Assembly: GCA_029865605.1 (NCBI GenBank)
Contig: JAOUGE010000001.1
Coordinates: 19,840 to 83,839 of the forward strand
Length of the DNA: 64,000 bases
Reading direction: 5' to 3'
Source of the DNA: Candidatus Berkelbacteria bacterium
GTDB taxonomy: Bacteria; Patescibacteriota; UBA1384; DTJR01
Both the position numbers and the translations under genes were made by a program. Of the stretch, positions 9,298 through 18,606 are shown one piece after another (position 1 is the stretch's first letter; each line of letters opens with the position of its first letter). Under the pieces are notes generated by a model. The model saw only the letters and a list, made by a program, of their open reading frames with translations. It made no database searches and had not been told where the DNA came from.

Positions 9298-10818
9298 ATG
9301 AAAAAAGCTCTTAGTAGGTTTCTGGGATTATTTCTCATTCTAGGCTTAGCCATAGGTCTAACCGGTTGTTCCGGGTCAAATCAGCAATCCGGCGAAAAAA
9401 TAACTCTTTATTGGTGGCGCAGCCGCGAAGATGCCAACGAGGATGTTTTACAGGAAGTCATCAAGGGCTTTGAGAGCGAAAATAAGACCGTCAAAATAGA
9501 ACTTGTCCTAAAAGATCCGAGAACTTACGAGCAGGAACTGACCGAAGCTTTAGCCGCTCATCAGACAGTTCAGGACGCTCCGGATATTATTTCGATTAAG
9601 GGCGAGGATCTGCCCAAATATGTTCCCCTGCTCACACCAGCGCCGGGCAATCTTTTTGATGCTGAAGTGAGCAAAAGTAAAAAAACCGGCGAGACAACAA
9701 CTCAATATGTTCAAGGGCTGTTTGAGGATGTTGTTATAAAGAGCGTCATTTTCAACGATGACGGCAAGCAGTTGGTTTATGGTTTGCCAATGGCGATTGA
9801 TAATTTAGCGGTCTATAAGAACAAGAAGCTTTTTTCTCAAGCCGTCGAAAGGTTAACTACAGCCAATAAAGCTGAAAAAAATCTTTCAACGACTCAAATC
9901 AAGGAAATCAAAACTTTAATTGAGGGTGATATCGACACTTGGCAGAAGCTGGTTGAAGTGGTGCCGTATTTGAAGGTTGCTGACGGGGTAAATATCAGCC
10001 AGGCGGCGATCGCCCTCGGCACATCTTTAAACGTCGAGCGCTCCTATGACATCTTACAAACAATAATGATGCAAAATGGAACTGCTATGACGAATGAAGG
10101 ATTGGATACGGCAACTTTTAACCTAAGCCAAACCGGCACCGTCGCCACCAAAACACCCGGTGAAGAGGCTTTGAAATTTTATTTAAGATTTTCAAACCCC
10201 AACGATCCTAAGGCTTATACTTGGAATGATAAAATGCCTAATTCTGTCGATGCCTTTATGCAGGGGCAAACAGCAATGATGATTCATTACGCCAGCACTT
10301 ACCGGCATATTATTAACGAAACGCCGACGATTAAGTCCTCGCTTGATGTTGTGCCGATGTTTCAACTGGCCGATCCGAAAGTGCCGACCTCTCAAGATAG
10401 GCTCAAGACCTTTGCCAGGATGTGGGTCGAGGCCGTCCCCTCGGCTAAGGGGGATCAGAAACTTCAAAACGCGGCCTGGAGCTTTGTTCACCATATTACC
10501 AGCAAAACAGGCAGCAGGCCCTACCTTCAAGCAATGAAACTTCCCTCCGCTCTGCGGGATGCCTCATCGACTGCGAAGTTTGACGTCTTTGATGATCAAA
10601 AGAAATTTTCTGATACATGGTATAAGGGCCACCGAGCATTAGAAATTGACAAGCTTTTTATTGGGATGATTGACGAGGCCTACACCGCACGCAAATCCTT
10701 AAAGGATGCTCTTGACGGAGCGGCTGCTCAAACGACGGCGGTTTTGCAAGCCAGTCGGGCTAAGTGGGCAACGGCAGCGCCTTCGGCCGCTGAAGAGGAG
10801 GCGGGAAGTGGACCCTGA
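9298..10818 (+). CDS. Extracellular solute-binding lipoprotein (sugar-binding family 1-like)
   Basis: Lipobox LTG-C; PDII, VYGLP, YKNKKLF, FMQGQTAMMI, AWSFV. Confidence 0.85.
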   Translation: MKKALSRFLGLFLILGLAIGLTGCSGSNQQSGEKITLYWWRSREDANEDVLQEVIKGFESENKTVKIELVLKDPRTYEQELTEALAAHQTVQDAPDIISIKGEDLPKYVPLLTPAPGNLFDAEVSKSKKTGETTTQYVQGLFEDVVIKSVIFNDDGKQLVYGLPMAIDNLAVYKNKKLFSQAVERLTTANKAEKNLSTTQIKEIKTLIEGDIDTWQKLVEVVPYLKVADGVNISQAAIALGTSLNVERSYDILQTIMMQNGTAMTNEGLDTATFNLSQTGTVATKTPGEEALKFYLRFSNPNDPKAYTWNDKMPNSVDAFMQGQTAMMIHYASTYRHIINETPTIKSSLDVVPMFQLADPKVPTSQDRLKTFARMWVEAVPSAKGDQKLQNAAWSFVHHITSKTGSRPYLQAMKLPSALRDASSTAKFDVFDDQKKFSDTWYKGHRALEIDKLFIGMIDEAYTARKSLKDALDGAAAQTTAVLQASRAKWATAAPSAAEEEAGSGP

Positions 10819-11044
10819 TGTTCAACAATTAATTGGTTTGGTTGCCCGCTGGTACTGGCAGTTGATTTTGCCGGCGGGGACGATTTTAGCCGGAGTTATG
10901 ATTGCCTACGGCGGGATAATTTATTCAACCTCCGCCGGGGAACCAACCAAGGTTGGAAAAGGTAAGGAGTTCATCTTTGGAGCAATTACAGGATTGATCC
11001 TTTTGCTCACAGCGGCCTTAATTATAAGAGCGATTATAACCTGA
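10808..11044 (+). CDS. VirB2/TrbC-like pilin 1
   Basis: GTG start after gaggagg; YGGIIYSTSAGEPTKVGKGKEFIFGAITGL. Confidence 0.75.
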   Translation: MDPDVQQLIGLVARWYWQLILPAGTILAGVMIAYGGIIYSTSAGEPTKVGKGKEFIFGAITGLILLLTAALIIRAIIT

Positions 11045-11388
11045 TGGAAAACCTAATTAAATTGATTTCTCAAAGAGCTTACGCTCAAGTTGGAGAGGAA
11101 ATCGACCGGCAGTTGAACCCGACGCCCTGGGTAGGGGGGGATGCCGGCGATATGATCTGGGCTCTTTTAAGCAATGTTTTAAGCCGTTTTCCTTATTTTC
11201 TGGGGGGGTTAGCTTTTGTCGCTCTTCTTTACGCCGGCGCGCTTTACATCTTCTCGACGGGAGACCCTCAAAAAATGGAAATGGCCAAAAAAAATATTGT
11301 CTGGGTTATCATCGGAGTTCTGGCGGTAGCAATGATTTATGCCGCTTTAGCGGCAGTCGCCTTTTTGGTTAGACCGAGGATAGGATAA
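11044..11388 (+). CDS. VirB2/TrbC-like pilin 2
   Basis: AYA-Q cleavage-like site; YAGALYIFSTGDPQKMEMAKKNIVWVIIG. Confidence 0.8.
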   Translation: MENLIKLISQRAYAQVGEEIDRQLNPTPWVGGDAGDMIWALLSNVLSRFPYFLGGLAFVALLYAGALYIFSTGDPQKMEMAKKNIVWVIIGVLAVAMIYAALAAVAFLVRPRIG

Positions 11389-11397
11389 AGGGGAAAT

Positions 11398-11790
11398 ATG
11401 TTTGGACTTGAGGGTTTTTCAGGTGCAGTCAACAGCGCGGTGGCCGGCTCTACTTCTGGTGATGATTTACCAGGGAGGTTGTACGGCGCGGTCGCTGATT
11501 GGTTCTCGGGTAATATTTTACCTCTTATCATCGGCATAGGAGTATTTGTAGCAGTTATTTTTGTTTTTTATGGTGCTTTTTTATATTTTACTGCCTACGG
11601 CGACGAGAATCGGGCGATGCTGGCTAAAAAGACGATTACCTATGCTTTTGTCGGGCTTATCATCGTCGGGCTTGCTTTTGCCATCGCCTCTTTCGTTCAA
11701 AGAGCTCTGATAAGAAACGAGGGGGGCGGGATAGAAGTTCCGACCGGTCCGCATACGGAAGATGATATAAGAAAAGAAAAGCTTTTTTAA
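11398..11790 (+). CDS. VirB2/TrbC-like pilin 3
   Basis: YGAFLYFTAYGDENRAMLAKKTITYAFVGL. Confidence 0.8.
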   Translation: MFGLEGFSGAVNSAVAGSTSGDDLPGRLYGAVADWFSGNILPLIIGIGVFVAVIFVFYGAFLYFTAYGDENRAMLAKKTITYAFVGLIIVGLAFAIASFVQRALIRNEGGGIEVPTGPHTEDDIRKEKLF

Positions 11791-11812
11791 CTAATATTAA
11801 TATTCATAACAT

Positions 11813-12190
11813 ATGCCGGAAATTGATTTAAAAGGAGTGATTGACAGGTTCCAGGGTTTAAGCGGGATGACCACACCGATTGTCAACCCGACCCCCCCTC
11901 CTGTTCGTGGAGGGGAAATGGAAAGCATCGGAATTAACTGGCAGAGCGTTATCAATCCGTCCGACTTCTACTACAGGCTGGTTTTGTCTTTCCTTTACGT
12001 TCTGGGGTCGATTACGGTGATTGTTTTGATATATGGCGGAATTCTTTACCTTTCTTCAGGAGGGGATGTTGAGAAAGCCGAGAGGGGAAAAAAGACGATC
12101 ATCGGAGCGATAATTGGTTTGATTGTGATTGCCGCTGCCTATGCTGGCTATAATTTTATGATTGGCGCGCTGACCGGGGGATTAACTTAG
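11813..12190 (+). CDS. VirB2/TrbC-like pilin 4
   Basis: YGGILYLSSGGDVEKAERGKKTIIGAIIGL. Confidence 0.8.
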   Translation: MPEIDLKGVIDRFQGLSGMTTPIVNPTPPPVRGGEMESIGINWQSVINPSDFYYRLVLSFLYVLGSITVIVLIYGGILYLSSGGDVEKAERGKKTIIGAIIGLIVIAAAYAGYNFMIGALTGGLT

Positions 12191-12195
12191 AATTT

Positions 12196-13908
12196 ATGGC
12201 AAATAACAACGAGTCGAACAGCAATAGCGAGTCGAACAGCCCGGAAACAAAACCTGGCGTTGAAACAAGAAGGGGGGAGGGTCTTGTTAAAGAGCTGCCG
12301 ATTTTGGCAACCTCGATTTTGGGGACGGCTCTTATCGCTTTGGGGATCGGCTTTTCCCAGCCCGTGGGCGAGCAGTCAAAGCTTCAATATACCGGCGATC
12401 TCTGGTGTGTCTCAAACTGGGTTGAAGAGAGGCCCTACCGTCAGCTTCCTGACGGCCGGCCGGCTAAAGATCCGAGACTGGTGGGTAAAGAAGACTGGAT
12501 TGTCCGCGAGCAGGTAGCGGCCAAAACCAAAGATGAAGCGGAAGCTAAAGCGCGAGAAAATAGCCACGGCTCTTTCGAACCCTCTGACGCTGACGCCCTG
12601 CGCGGCTATTTGGACCAAAATAATAAAGACGCTTTTACGTCGTATTTTAACACTGGCGCGACGGCTCCCGGGCCATGCATGGGGACCGGGGACACGAGTG
12701 TCCAAACCGGCAAGTGGTTGAGCGACATAATAAGAGAGATTTGCTTTGGCATAACTGGTGTGTCGGGAGAGAGAAAAGACCCTTATAACCCAACTGCTTT
12801 CACGGCCGATCAAATCAACCAATATTTGGCTCAAAAATATCCCAAGAGTCCCCTAGCGGGTCTTGGCGCCGCGTTTGTTGAAGCGGCCCAAAAAAATAAT
12901 GTGAACCCGGGCTTCTTGCTTGGTATGGCCAATGCGGAAACATCACTTGGCTCTGGACCAGCGGTTGGCAGTTATAGTCTTTTTAATATCGGCGATGTTC
13001 GCAACGCCCGCAATTATTCTAGTTTTGAAGAGTCAATATCAGACGGGGCCAAACTTTTGGGTAGCGATTCATATCGGAAATTGCAAGGTGCTCATGAAAT
13101 ACGACTCAAGTGGTGCGGGTATGAAGGGGAGTCCGAAAGTAGCGGCGCTACTATCTCTGACGGCTCGGTTATTCATTACCTTTGTGCTAACGGGAATTCG
13201 AAATGGGAAGATGAAGTCAACATAGTTCTTGATGAGATGATCGCGATGTTCCCTGACTCTGGCGCTGCTACCGATGCAACCCCTGAGCTTTTGCCAAATG
13301 CCCCAGAGTGGTGTCCGACGACACCGCCCGCGGTTGGCCCCTCTTCGGGCGAGGATTACCGGCAACAGATTGCCCAGAAGTTTGCTGAGGAGATGAATAA
13401 GAGAGGTCGCGGCGGCGCAACTTCTGGAGAAGCGCTCGGGTTTTTTGACCGGCTCTTGGCAGCGATGCCCGGTACTTTACCGCCGGCGGCAAATAATATT
13501 GTTAAAGTTGCCCAGGGGGAAATTGGCTATGCCGCCAATGACAATTGCGCCAAGTATAATGCTTATGAAATTAACGGTACGCGTTGCTGGGCCTGGTGCG
13601 CTGCTTTTGTGACTTGGGTTTATAACAAAGCGGGTTTAAACATTGAGAGATCTGGTGGAACTGTTAGGCTAATGGAGCTTTTCCAAAACGGCCACAGTTT
13701 TATTAAAACTGCCGGCGGAACAGGATACAAGCCAATGGCCGGGGACGTTTTCTGGATGAAGGCCAATAATTCCAGCGGCTATCATGTCGGGATCGTAGAG
13801 ACAGTTATTGGCAACACCGTCTTCACAATTGAGGGCAATGTAACCGGTGATGTAGTAGCGAGGAGAAGGCACGGCTTAGGTGAATTTTATGCTTTTGGGA
13901 GGTGGTAA
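12196..13908 (+). CDS. Membrane-anchored peptidoglycan hydrolase (glucosaminidase/GH73-like + CHAP), VirB1 analogue
   Basis: AAQKNNVNPGFLLGMANAETSLG and YSSFEESI; WCAAFVTWVY, HVGIVE and TIEGN. Confidence 0.85.
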   Translation: MANNNESNSNSESNSPETKPGVETRRGEGLVKELPILATSILGTALIALGIGFSQPVGEQSKLQYTGDLWCVSNWVEERPYRQLPDGRPAKDPRLVGKEDWIVREQVAAKTKDEAEAKARENSHGSFEPSDADALRGYLDQNNKDAFTSYFNTGATAPGPCMGTGDTSVQTGKWLSDIIREICFGITGVSGERKDPYNPTAFTADQINQYLAQKYPKSPLAGLGAAFVEAAQKNNVNPGFLLGMANAETSLGSGPAVGSYSLFNIGDVRNARNYSSFEESISDGAKLLGSDSYRKLQGAHEIRLKWCGYEGESESSGATISDGSVIHYLCANGNSKWEDEVNIVLDEMIAMFPDSGAATDATPELLPNAPEWCPTTPPAVGPSSGEDYRQQIAQKFAEEMNKRGRGGATSGEALGFFDRLLAAMPGTLPPAANNIVKVAQGEIGYAANDNCAKYNAYEINGTRCWAWCAAFVTWVYNKAGLNIERSGGTVRLMELFQNGHSFIKTAGGTGYKPMAGDVFWMKANNSSGYHVGIVETVIGNTVFTIEGNVTGDVVARRRHGLGEFYAFGRW

Positions 13909-14957
13909 TGGCAAATATTGGTAAAACCTTGTTTAAATTCAGATATCTGCTGATTATTTTTGCTGTTTTAATCATATTAATTGCGGTTTTGGTTTTAAAA
14001 AATAAGGGCGATCTTTCCCAGAGTACTCTTTCTAATAAAGAAGTTTCTGCACCGGTGGAAAGTTTTGCCAGAAGCAGCCTTCATTATTATTCAAGCAGTG
14101 ACGACCAAAACTTTTTTTACGGCTTTGATTCTGGTAATAAAAAGCTGGTTCAATTTAAAAGAAGCGACTTTAAACAAAATGGCCGTCAAATTTCCTTTGA
14201 GACTGTAGAGCAGGTTTACTCAAACAGCGCCTATGAAAATGTTATTATTAAGGGCTCAAGGCCAAAGGAAGAATTTCCCCGATTCTATTTTTGTGATTTT
14301 GAGCTTGGCAGCTGTCAGTCTTCGGCTTTACCTATCGGAGCGCTTTCTCTCTTACCGGCTAGCAACAAGGCGATAGCCCAGATCATTAATGAGGAAAAAG
14401 CGACCTTTGAACTCGTGGACTTGAAGTCGGAGGAATTTAAAGAACTTGCCTCAACGGATTCTTTTGAGTATAAGTTGGAATTCATTGACGATAAGACCGG
14501 CATGTTTTTTGCTGAGCCGACCGAGCCCGGGATTAATAACCCGATCTCGACCATATCTCTTGAGAACGGTCAAATAAAGACGGTTTTACGCGAGGCCAGC
14601 TCCTATCGGCTTTCGCCGCAAAGAAAATACCTGATTTTTTCCAAAGAAGCGAAAGACAAAACCCTTGTTTATTTATACGATATCGCCAAAAGCAGAGAAA
14701 CAATTCTTGAAACCAACAGTATTCACCAAGCGTTCTTTTCTCAAGATGAGAGCAAAATTTATATCGTCGAAATTTTACCTGATGAACAAAAAGCAAAACT
14801 CCTTTTTTATTCCATGGGGAATGTCTCGGCCGAACCGACACTTATCAAAGAATATGCCTTTGGCAAAGATGACGAACTGACAGATGTGATTTGGCTTCGC
14901 GGTAGCGAATATCTTCTTTTAACTAAAGACGGTCTGGAGATGAGAATCGCTCTTTAA
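13908..14957 (+). CDS. Membrane-anchored TolB-like beta-propeller protein
   Basis: N-terminal TM helix; LSPQRKYLIFS and FSQDESKIY repeats; SD ggagg. Confidence 0.7.
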   Translation: MANIGKTLFKFRYLLIIFAVLIILIAVLVLKNKGDLSQSTLSNKEVSAPVESFARSSLHYYSSSDDQNFFYGFDSGNKKLVQFKRSDFKQNGRQISFETVEQVYSNSAYENVIIKGSRPKEEFPRFYFCDFELGSCQSSALPIGALSLLPASNKAIAQIINEEKATFELVDLKSEEFKELASTDSFEYKLEFIDDKTGMFFAEPTEPGINNPISTISLENGQIKTVLREASSYRLSPQRKYLIFSKEAKDKTLVYLYDIAKSRETILETNSIHQAFFSQDESKIYIVEILPDEQKAKLLFYSMGNVSAEPTLIKEYAFGKDDELTDVIWLRGSEYLLLTKDGLEMRIAL

Positions 14958-14966
14958 CATATGTAT

Positions 14967-14995
14967 TTGACTGGTTTTAAAAATACGGCTATTGT
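14967..14995 (+). promoter_or_regulatory. Sigma70-type promoter for pilin 5
   Basis: TTGACT-N17-TATTGT. Confidence 0.55.
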
Positions 14996-15059
14996 ATAGA
15001 CAAGCGAAAAATAGTATTTTAGTAAGTAGTTATTTATATTAATATTAGGGAGGGAGAAA

Positions 15060-15428
15060 ATGAAAGCTCTAGATAAAGTTCTATCGGTAGGCGGAAAAAT
15101 TGCTGGCGTGGTTGCTCTGTCATCAATTTATGGTCCGGTGGCGCATGCGCAAATAACGCAAGGCCCGATTGAAGGGATTAGCCTTTATGGGGGGTCGCTG
15201 GGCGAATTGATCGATATTATTATCCAGGTCGTACTATGGGGCGCTGGGGCTATTGCTTTTGCTTATCTTATTTATGGCGGTATCTCGTATATCACCGCCG
15301 GCGGCGATGCGGAAAAAGCGGGTAAAGGCCGAACGGCAATCCTTAACGCGGTGATTGGTATAATCGTTGTTTCGGCTGCATTAGCTATTTACAAATTTGT
15401 TTTACAGGGCGTAGCCGGCGACCTCTAG
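15060..15428 (+). CDS. VirB2/TrbC-like pilin 5 (probable major subunit)
   Basis: Signal peptide ending AHA-Q; YGGISYITAGGDAEKAGKGRTAILNAVIG; own promoter and strong SD. Confidence 0.85.
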   Translation: MKALDKVLSVGGKIAGVVALSSIYGPVAHAQITQGPIEGISLYGGSLGELIDIIIQVVLWGAGAIAFAYLIYGGISYITAGGDAEKAGKGRTAILNAVIGIIVVSAALAIYKFVLQGVAGDL

Positions 15429-15449
15429 TCCAGTTGTTTTAAGAAGCTG

Positions 15450-16994
15450 TCATTCACTGGTGACTCGCCTTACCTCTTTTTCGGTAGTGATGCCAAGGCG
15501 GACTTTTTCTATTCCGTCTTGAAACATTGTCACCATTCCGTCGGCTCTGGCGGCTTGTTCAAACTCGACAATCGTGCCCTTTTTCTGGATCAACTCCTCG
15601 ATTTTGGGGGTAATTTTCATTGTCTCGATAATGGCAATCCTGCCTTTATAGCCAGTGCCTTTGCAAGTTGAGCACGGGGTTTGGCCCTGAGAGCCAGTCC
15701 CTCTGCAGGTTTTGCAGATCATTCTAACTAGTCTTTGGGCGATGATTAAGTTGATTGAACCGGACAGAAGAAACGGCTTAACTCCTATGTCCAAAAGCCG
15801 CGGGATAGATGAAGGAGCGGAATTGGTGTGGAGAGTCGTCAAAACCAAATGGCCGGTCAAAGAAGCTTGAAGGGCTGTTTCGGCCGTTTCTTTATCTCTG
15901 ATTTCGCCGACCATAATGATATCCGGGTCTTGGCGCAAGGCGTGCTTTAAACCGATGGCAAAGTCATAGCCTTTGCTTGGATTGACTTGGCTTTGATCGA
16001 TTCCCTCGATTCGGTATTCAATTGGATCTTCAAGGGTGATTATTTTGACTTCCGATTTATTTAGCTTTTGCAAAATAGCATATAAAGTAGTCGTTTTTCC
16101 CGAACCGGTCGGGCCAGTGTTGAAGATAGCGCCGTTTGGCTTTGAAATCGCCTCCTCGATCGCTTGCATGGCGTCTTCGCGGAAACCTAGCTTCTCGAGT
16201 GTTATTAAAGCCCCTGAAGGATTTAAAAGCCGGCAAACGATTACCTCGCCCCAAGCTCCGGGGATAAGCGAAACCCTAACATCTATATTTTGGGCGGCGA
16301 TTTGAATTTCAAAGCGGCCGTCTTGGGGGATTTCAGTTACATTGAGCTTCAATTTTGAAAGATATTTGATGCGATTTCTGATTGCTTTGTAGGTTTCCGG
16401 CGGCAGTTTGGCGACATCTTGAAGCATCCCGTCGAGGCGGTAGCGCAGCCTTGCGCCGTCTTCAGCTGGTTCGATATGAATGTCTGAGGCGTCAAGATGA
16501 ACCGCTCCGGCAAAAACAATATCAAGAATTTCTGTTGTTTCGGTTTGGGTAATCTTGTTGCCGATTGATTTGAGGTCCTGTGCTCCGCCAAATTTAGCCT
16601 TGATGTATTCATCGGAGACGATATGTCTCTCAAGCGTTCGGGGCTTCTCCTTGACGAACTCAAGCTGGGCCAGGCCGTATCTCAATGAACTTTCCGAGCA
16701 GAGATAGAGGTGAAATTTGTAATTGGTGGATACGGAGAGCTCCCTCAAAAACGGCACCAGACGAGGGTCTTCCGGCTTTGAAGCCGCTACCTTGACTTGG
16801 TCGTTTAAGCGATAAAAAGGAATAACGCCATGCTCTCTGGCCTGCTCTTTGGGGATGATAGAGAGTACTTCTGGAGTGAAAGGATAGCCGACCAAATTAA
16901 CATAAGGTACGCCGACCTTGGCTGACTTTTCGCGAGTCGCTTTCTCCTCCCCTTCGCGAGAGAATATTTTGAGGGCTTTGTCGATATCGGGCAT
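15450..16994 (-). CDS. pilB: Type IV pilus / T2SS assembly ATPase (PilB/GspE)
   Basis: ASDIHIEP, PQDGRF, GPTGSGKTTTLY, TLEDPIEY, LRQDPDIIMVGEIRD, CxxC..CxxC. Confidence 0.92.
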   Translation of the reverse strand: MPDIDKALKIFSREGEEKATREKSAKVGVPYVNLVGYPFTPEVLSIIPKEQAREHGVIPFYRLNDQVKVAASKPEDPRLVPFLRELSVSTNYKFHLYLCSESSLRYGLAQLEFVKEKPRTLERHIVSDEYIKAKFGGAQDLKSIGNKITQTETTEILDIVFAGAVHLDASDIHIEPAEDGARLRYRLDGMLQDVAKLPPETYKAIRNRIKYLSKLKLNVTEIPQDGRFEIQIAAQNIDVRVSLIPGAWGEVIVCRLLNPSGALITLEKLGFREDAMQAIEEAISKPNGAIFNTGPTGSGKTTTLYAILQKLNKSEVKIITLEDPIEYRIEGIDQSQVNPSKGYDFAIGLKHALRQDPDIIMVGEIRDKETAETALQASLTGHLVLTTLHTNSAPSSIPRLLDIGVKPFLLSGSINLIIAQRLVRMICKTCRGTGSQGQTPCSTCKGTGYKGRIAIIETMKITPKIEELIQKKGTIVEFEQAARADGMVTMFQDGIEKVRLGITTEKEVRRVTSE

Positions 16995-16999
16995 AGCAG

Positions 17000-17083
17000 T
17001 TAAAAGCTAAAAGTTAAAAGCTTATACATTATTATGCAATTTATTTGTATCCACTTTACCCTTTTCACTTTACCCTTTTCACT
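17000..17083. repeat. Heptamer tandem repeats
   Basis: taaaagc-taaaagt-taaaagc, and (cactttaccctttt)x2 at 17052-17079. Confidence 0.6.
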
Positions 17084-17107
17084 GACTCTTTGCGAGTTTT
17101 GAGGGCT

Positions 17108-17153
17108 AAAAAACAGCAGGGCCCCGATCTCGCGTGGAGGCGAGGGGGCCCTG
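17108..17153 (-). terminator. Hairpin terminator of the GC-rich gene
   Basis: cagggcccc...ggggccctg with a T-tract on the minus strand. Confidence 0.6.
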
Positions 17154-17201
17154 GTACGTGGGGACCTCGGGAAGCTCCCGAGGCTTACAGGCGGGGTGCG
17201 A

Positions 17202-17570
17202 TCAGGTGGATGTGAGTGCTCGGCTACTGGTTGTGCAGTGGCCTACACACGCATCCAGGAAGTCCTGGAACCAACCAGGTAGGTCTTCCCATTGCGCAGT
17301 GTACTGGGCGATCAGCCCTTCGTAGCTGTTCTCGCCTCTCCCTGGATGCAGGCGGGCAGAGGCAAGGACAAAGGCACCGAGCTGGTCCCAGCCGTGCTCG
17401 GCCGCGATGCCGATGGCCTCGCGGTAGAGACGTCGGCGGGCAAAGTCGATCGCTCTGTTGACTGTGCGGAGTCGCCTCTCAGACTTGACGGCTCTGAGAA
17501 ACACTGCAATCTGCATCAAGATGTCCTCTGGACGACAACGTCCTCCCTTGAACCGTGGCTTCTTAGGCAC
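17202..17570 (-). CDS. GC-rich stand-alone hypothetical protein
   Basis: GTG start after SD gggaggga; upstream TTGACA; two downstream hairpins. Confidence 0.6.
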   Translation of the reverse strand: MPKKPRFKGGRCRPEDILMQIAVFLRAVKSERRLRTVNRAIDFARRRLYREAIGIAAEHGWDQLGAFVLASARLHPGRGENSYEGLIAQYTAQWEDLPGWFQDFLDACVGHCTTSSRALTST

Positions 17571-17735
17571 GTCTGTCCCTCCCGTAGGTACGGCGCGATT
17601 TGTACTGCAACGACTTACGGCAGCTGCAAACCCTGATACGTTTAGGCATCCCCCCCTTTGAACGTGTCAAGGAACAACACTTACCCTCACATCTGCATCG
17701 ATGCGGCGGTTAGGTAGTCCCCCGTTAATTTGAAT

Positions 17736-18326
17736 TTATACCATAATAGGAGTACTTTTGTCAATCTCGTTCTTTTCTTTTTCAAAAAATTCTTTGACTT
17801 TTCCTCTGGCGAGTTTAGATTTGAGTTTCGGCATTCTTCTTTTTTTAAAGCTCTGTAAAAAGTCGCCGACGCTTTCCTTGGCCAATGATCCGACACCTGC
17901 CTTCTCCCGATCGATCATCCCCAAGCAATCCGCCTCAAAAACCATTTGTTCGTTAAAAGATTCGATTTTAGGGATATCGTCGTGTATCCGGACAAGATGA
18001 GTTATCTCTTTAACTTCCTTTTCTGAAAGGGGGAGGTCGTTAAGGATTTGCCGAGCCAGTTTTTCCCCCTTAATCATATGTTTCGGCTTGATTTGCCGAA
18101 GCTGTTGGTAGGTATATCCGGGTCCGATGAGGTCATAGTAGCCGATATCGTGAAGATAAATGGCCGGGATTAAGATTCTCTCGTCCCCGCCCTCGTGCTC
18201 TATCAACTGCTTCATCCAATAAACAGCCGCTTGGGTGTGGGGCAAATCCCAATTCGGACGGCATTTTATTAAAACCTCTTCCGCCTTCTGCTTAATTTTC
18301 TCTTCAAGTGCTCGGTCGAGTTTCAT
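17736..18326 (-). CDS. HD-domain protein
   Basis: HT....YLHDIG...H...IHD...EAD. Confidence 0.85.
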   Translation of the reverse strand: MKLDRALEEKIKQKAEEVLIKCRPNWDLPHTQAAVYWMKQLIEHEGGDERILIPAIYLHDIGYYDLIGPGYTYQQLRQIKPKHMIKGEKLARQILNDLPLSEKEVKEITHLVRIHDDIPKIESFNEQMVFEADCLGMIDREKAGVGSLAKESVGDFLQSFKKRRMPKLKSKLARGKVKEFFEKEKNEIDKSTPIMV

Positions 18327-18342
18327 GTAAATACTTAATCAA

Positions 18343-18599
<257 letters not shown>

Positions 18600-18606
18600 A
18601 GGGGGG

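Noticed and set aside
10706-10807. N-terminal extension of pilin 1 in the ORF track
   Set aside because: Overlaps the SBP gene; GTG at 10808 has a good SD.
12211-12240. gagtcgaacagc duplication
   Set aside because: Trivial slippage in a Ser/Asn-rich N-terminus.
4229-15428. ICE or conjugative element
   Set aside because: No relaxase, integrase or att sites seen; composition similar to the backbone.
17052-17083. CRISPR-like repeat
   Set aside because: Two adjacent 14-bp units with no spacers and no cas genes.
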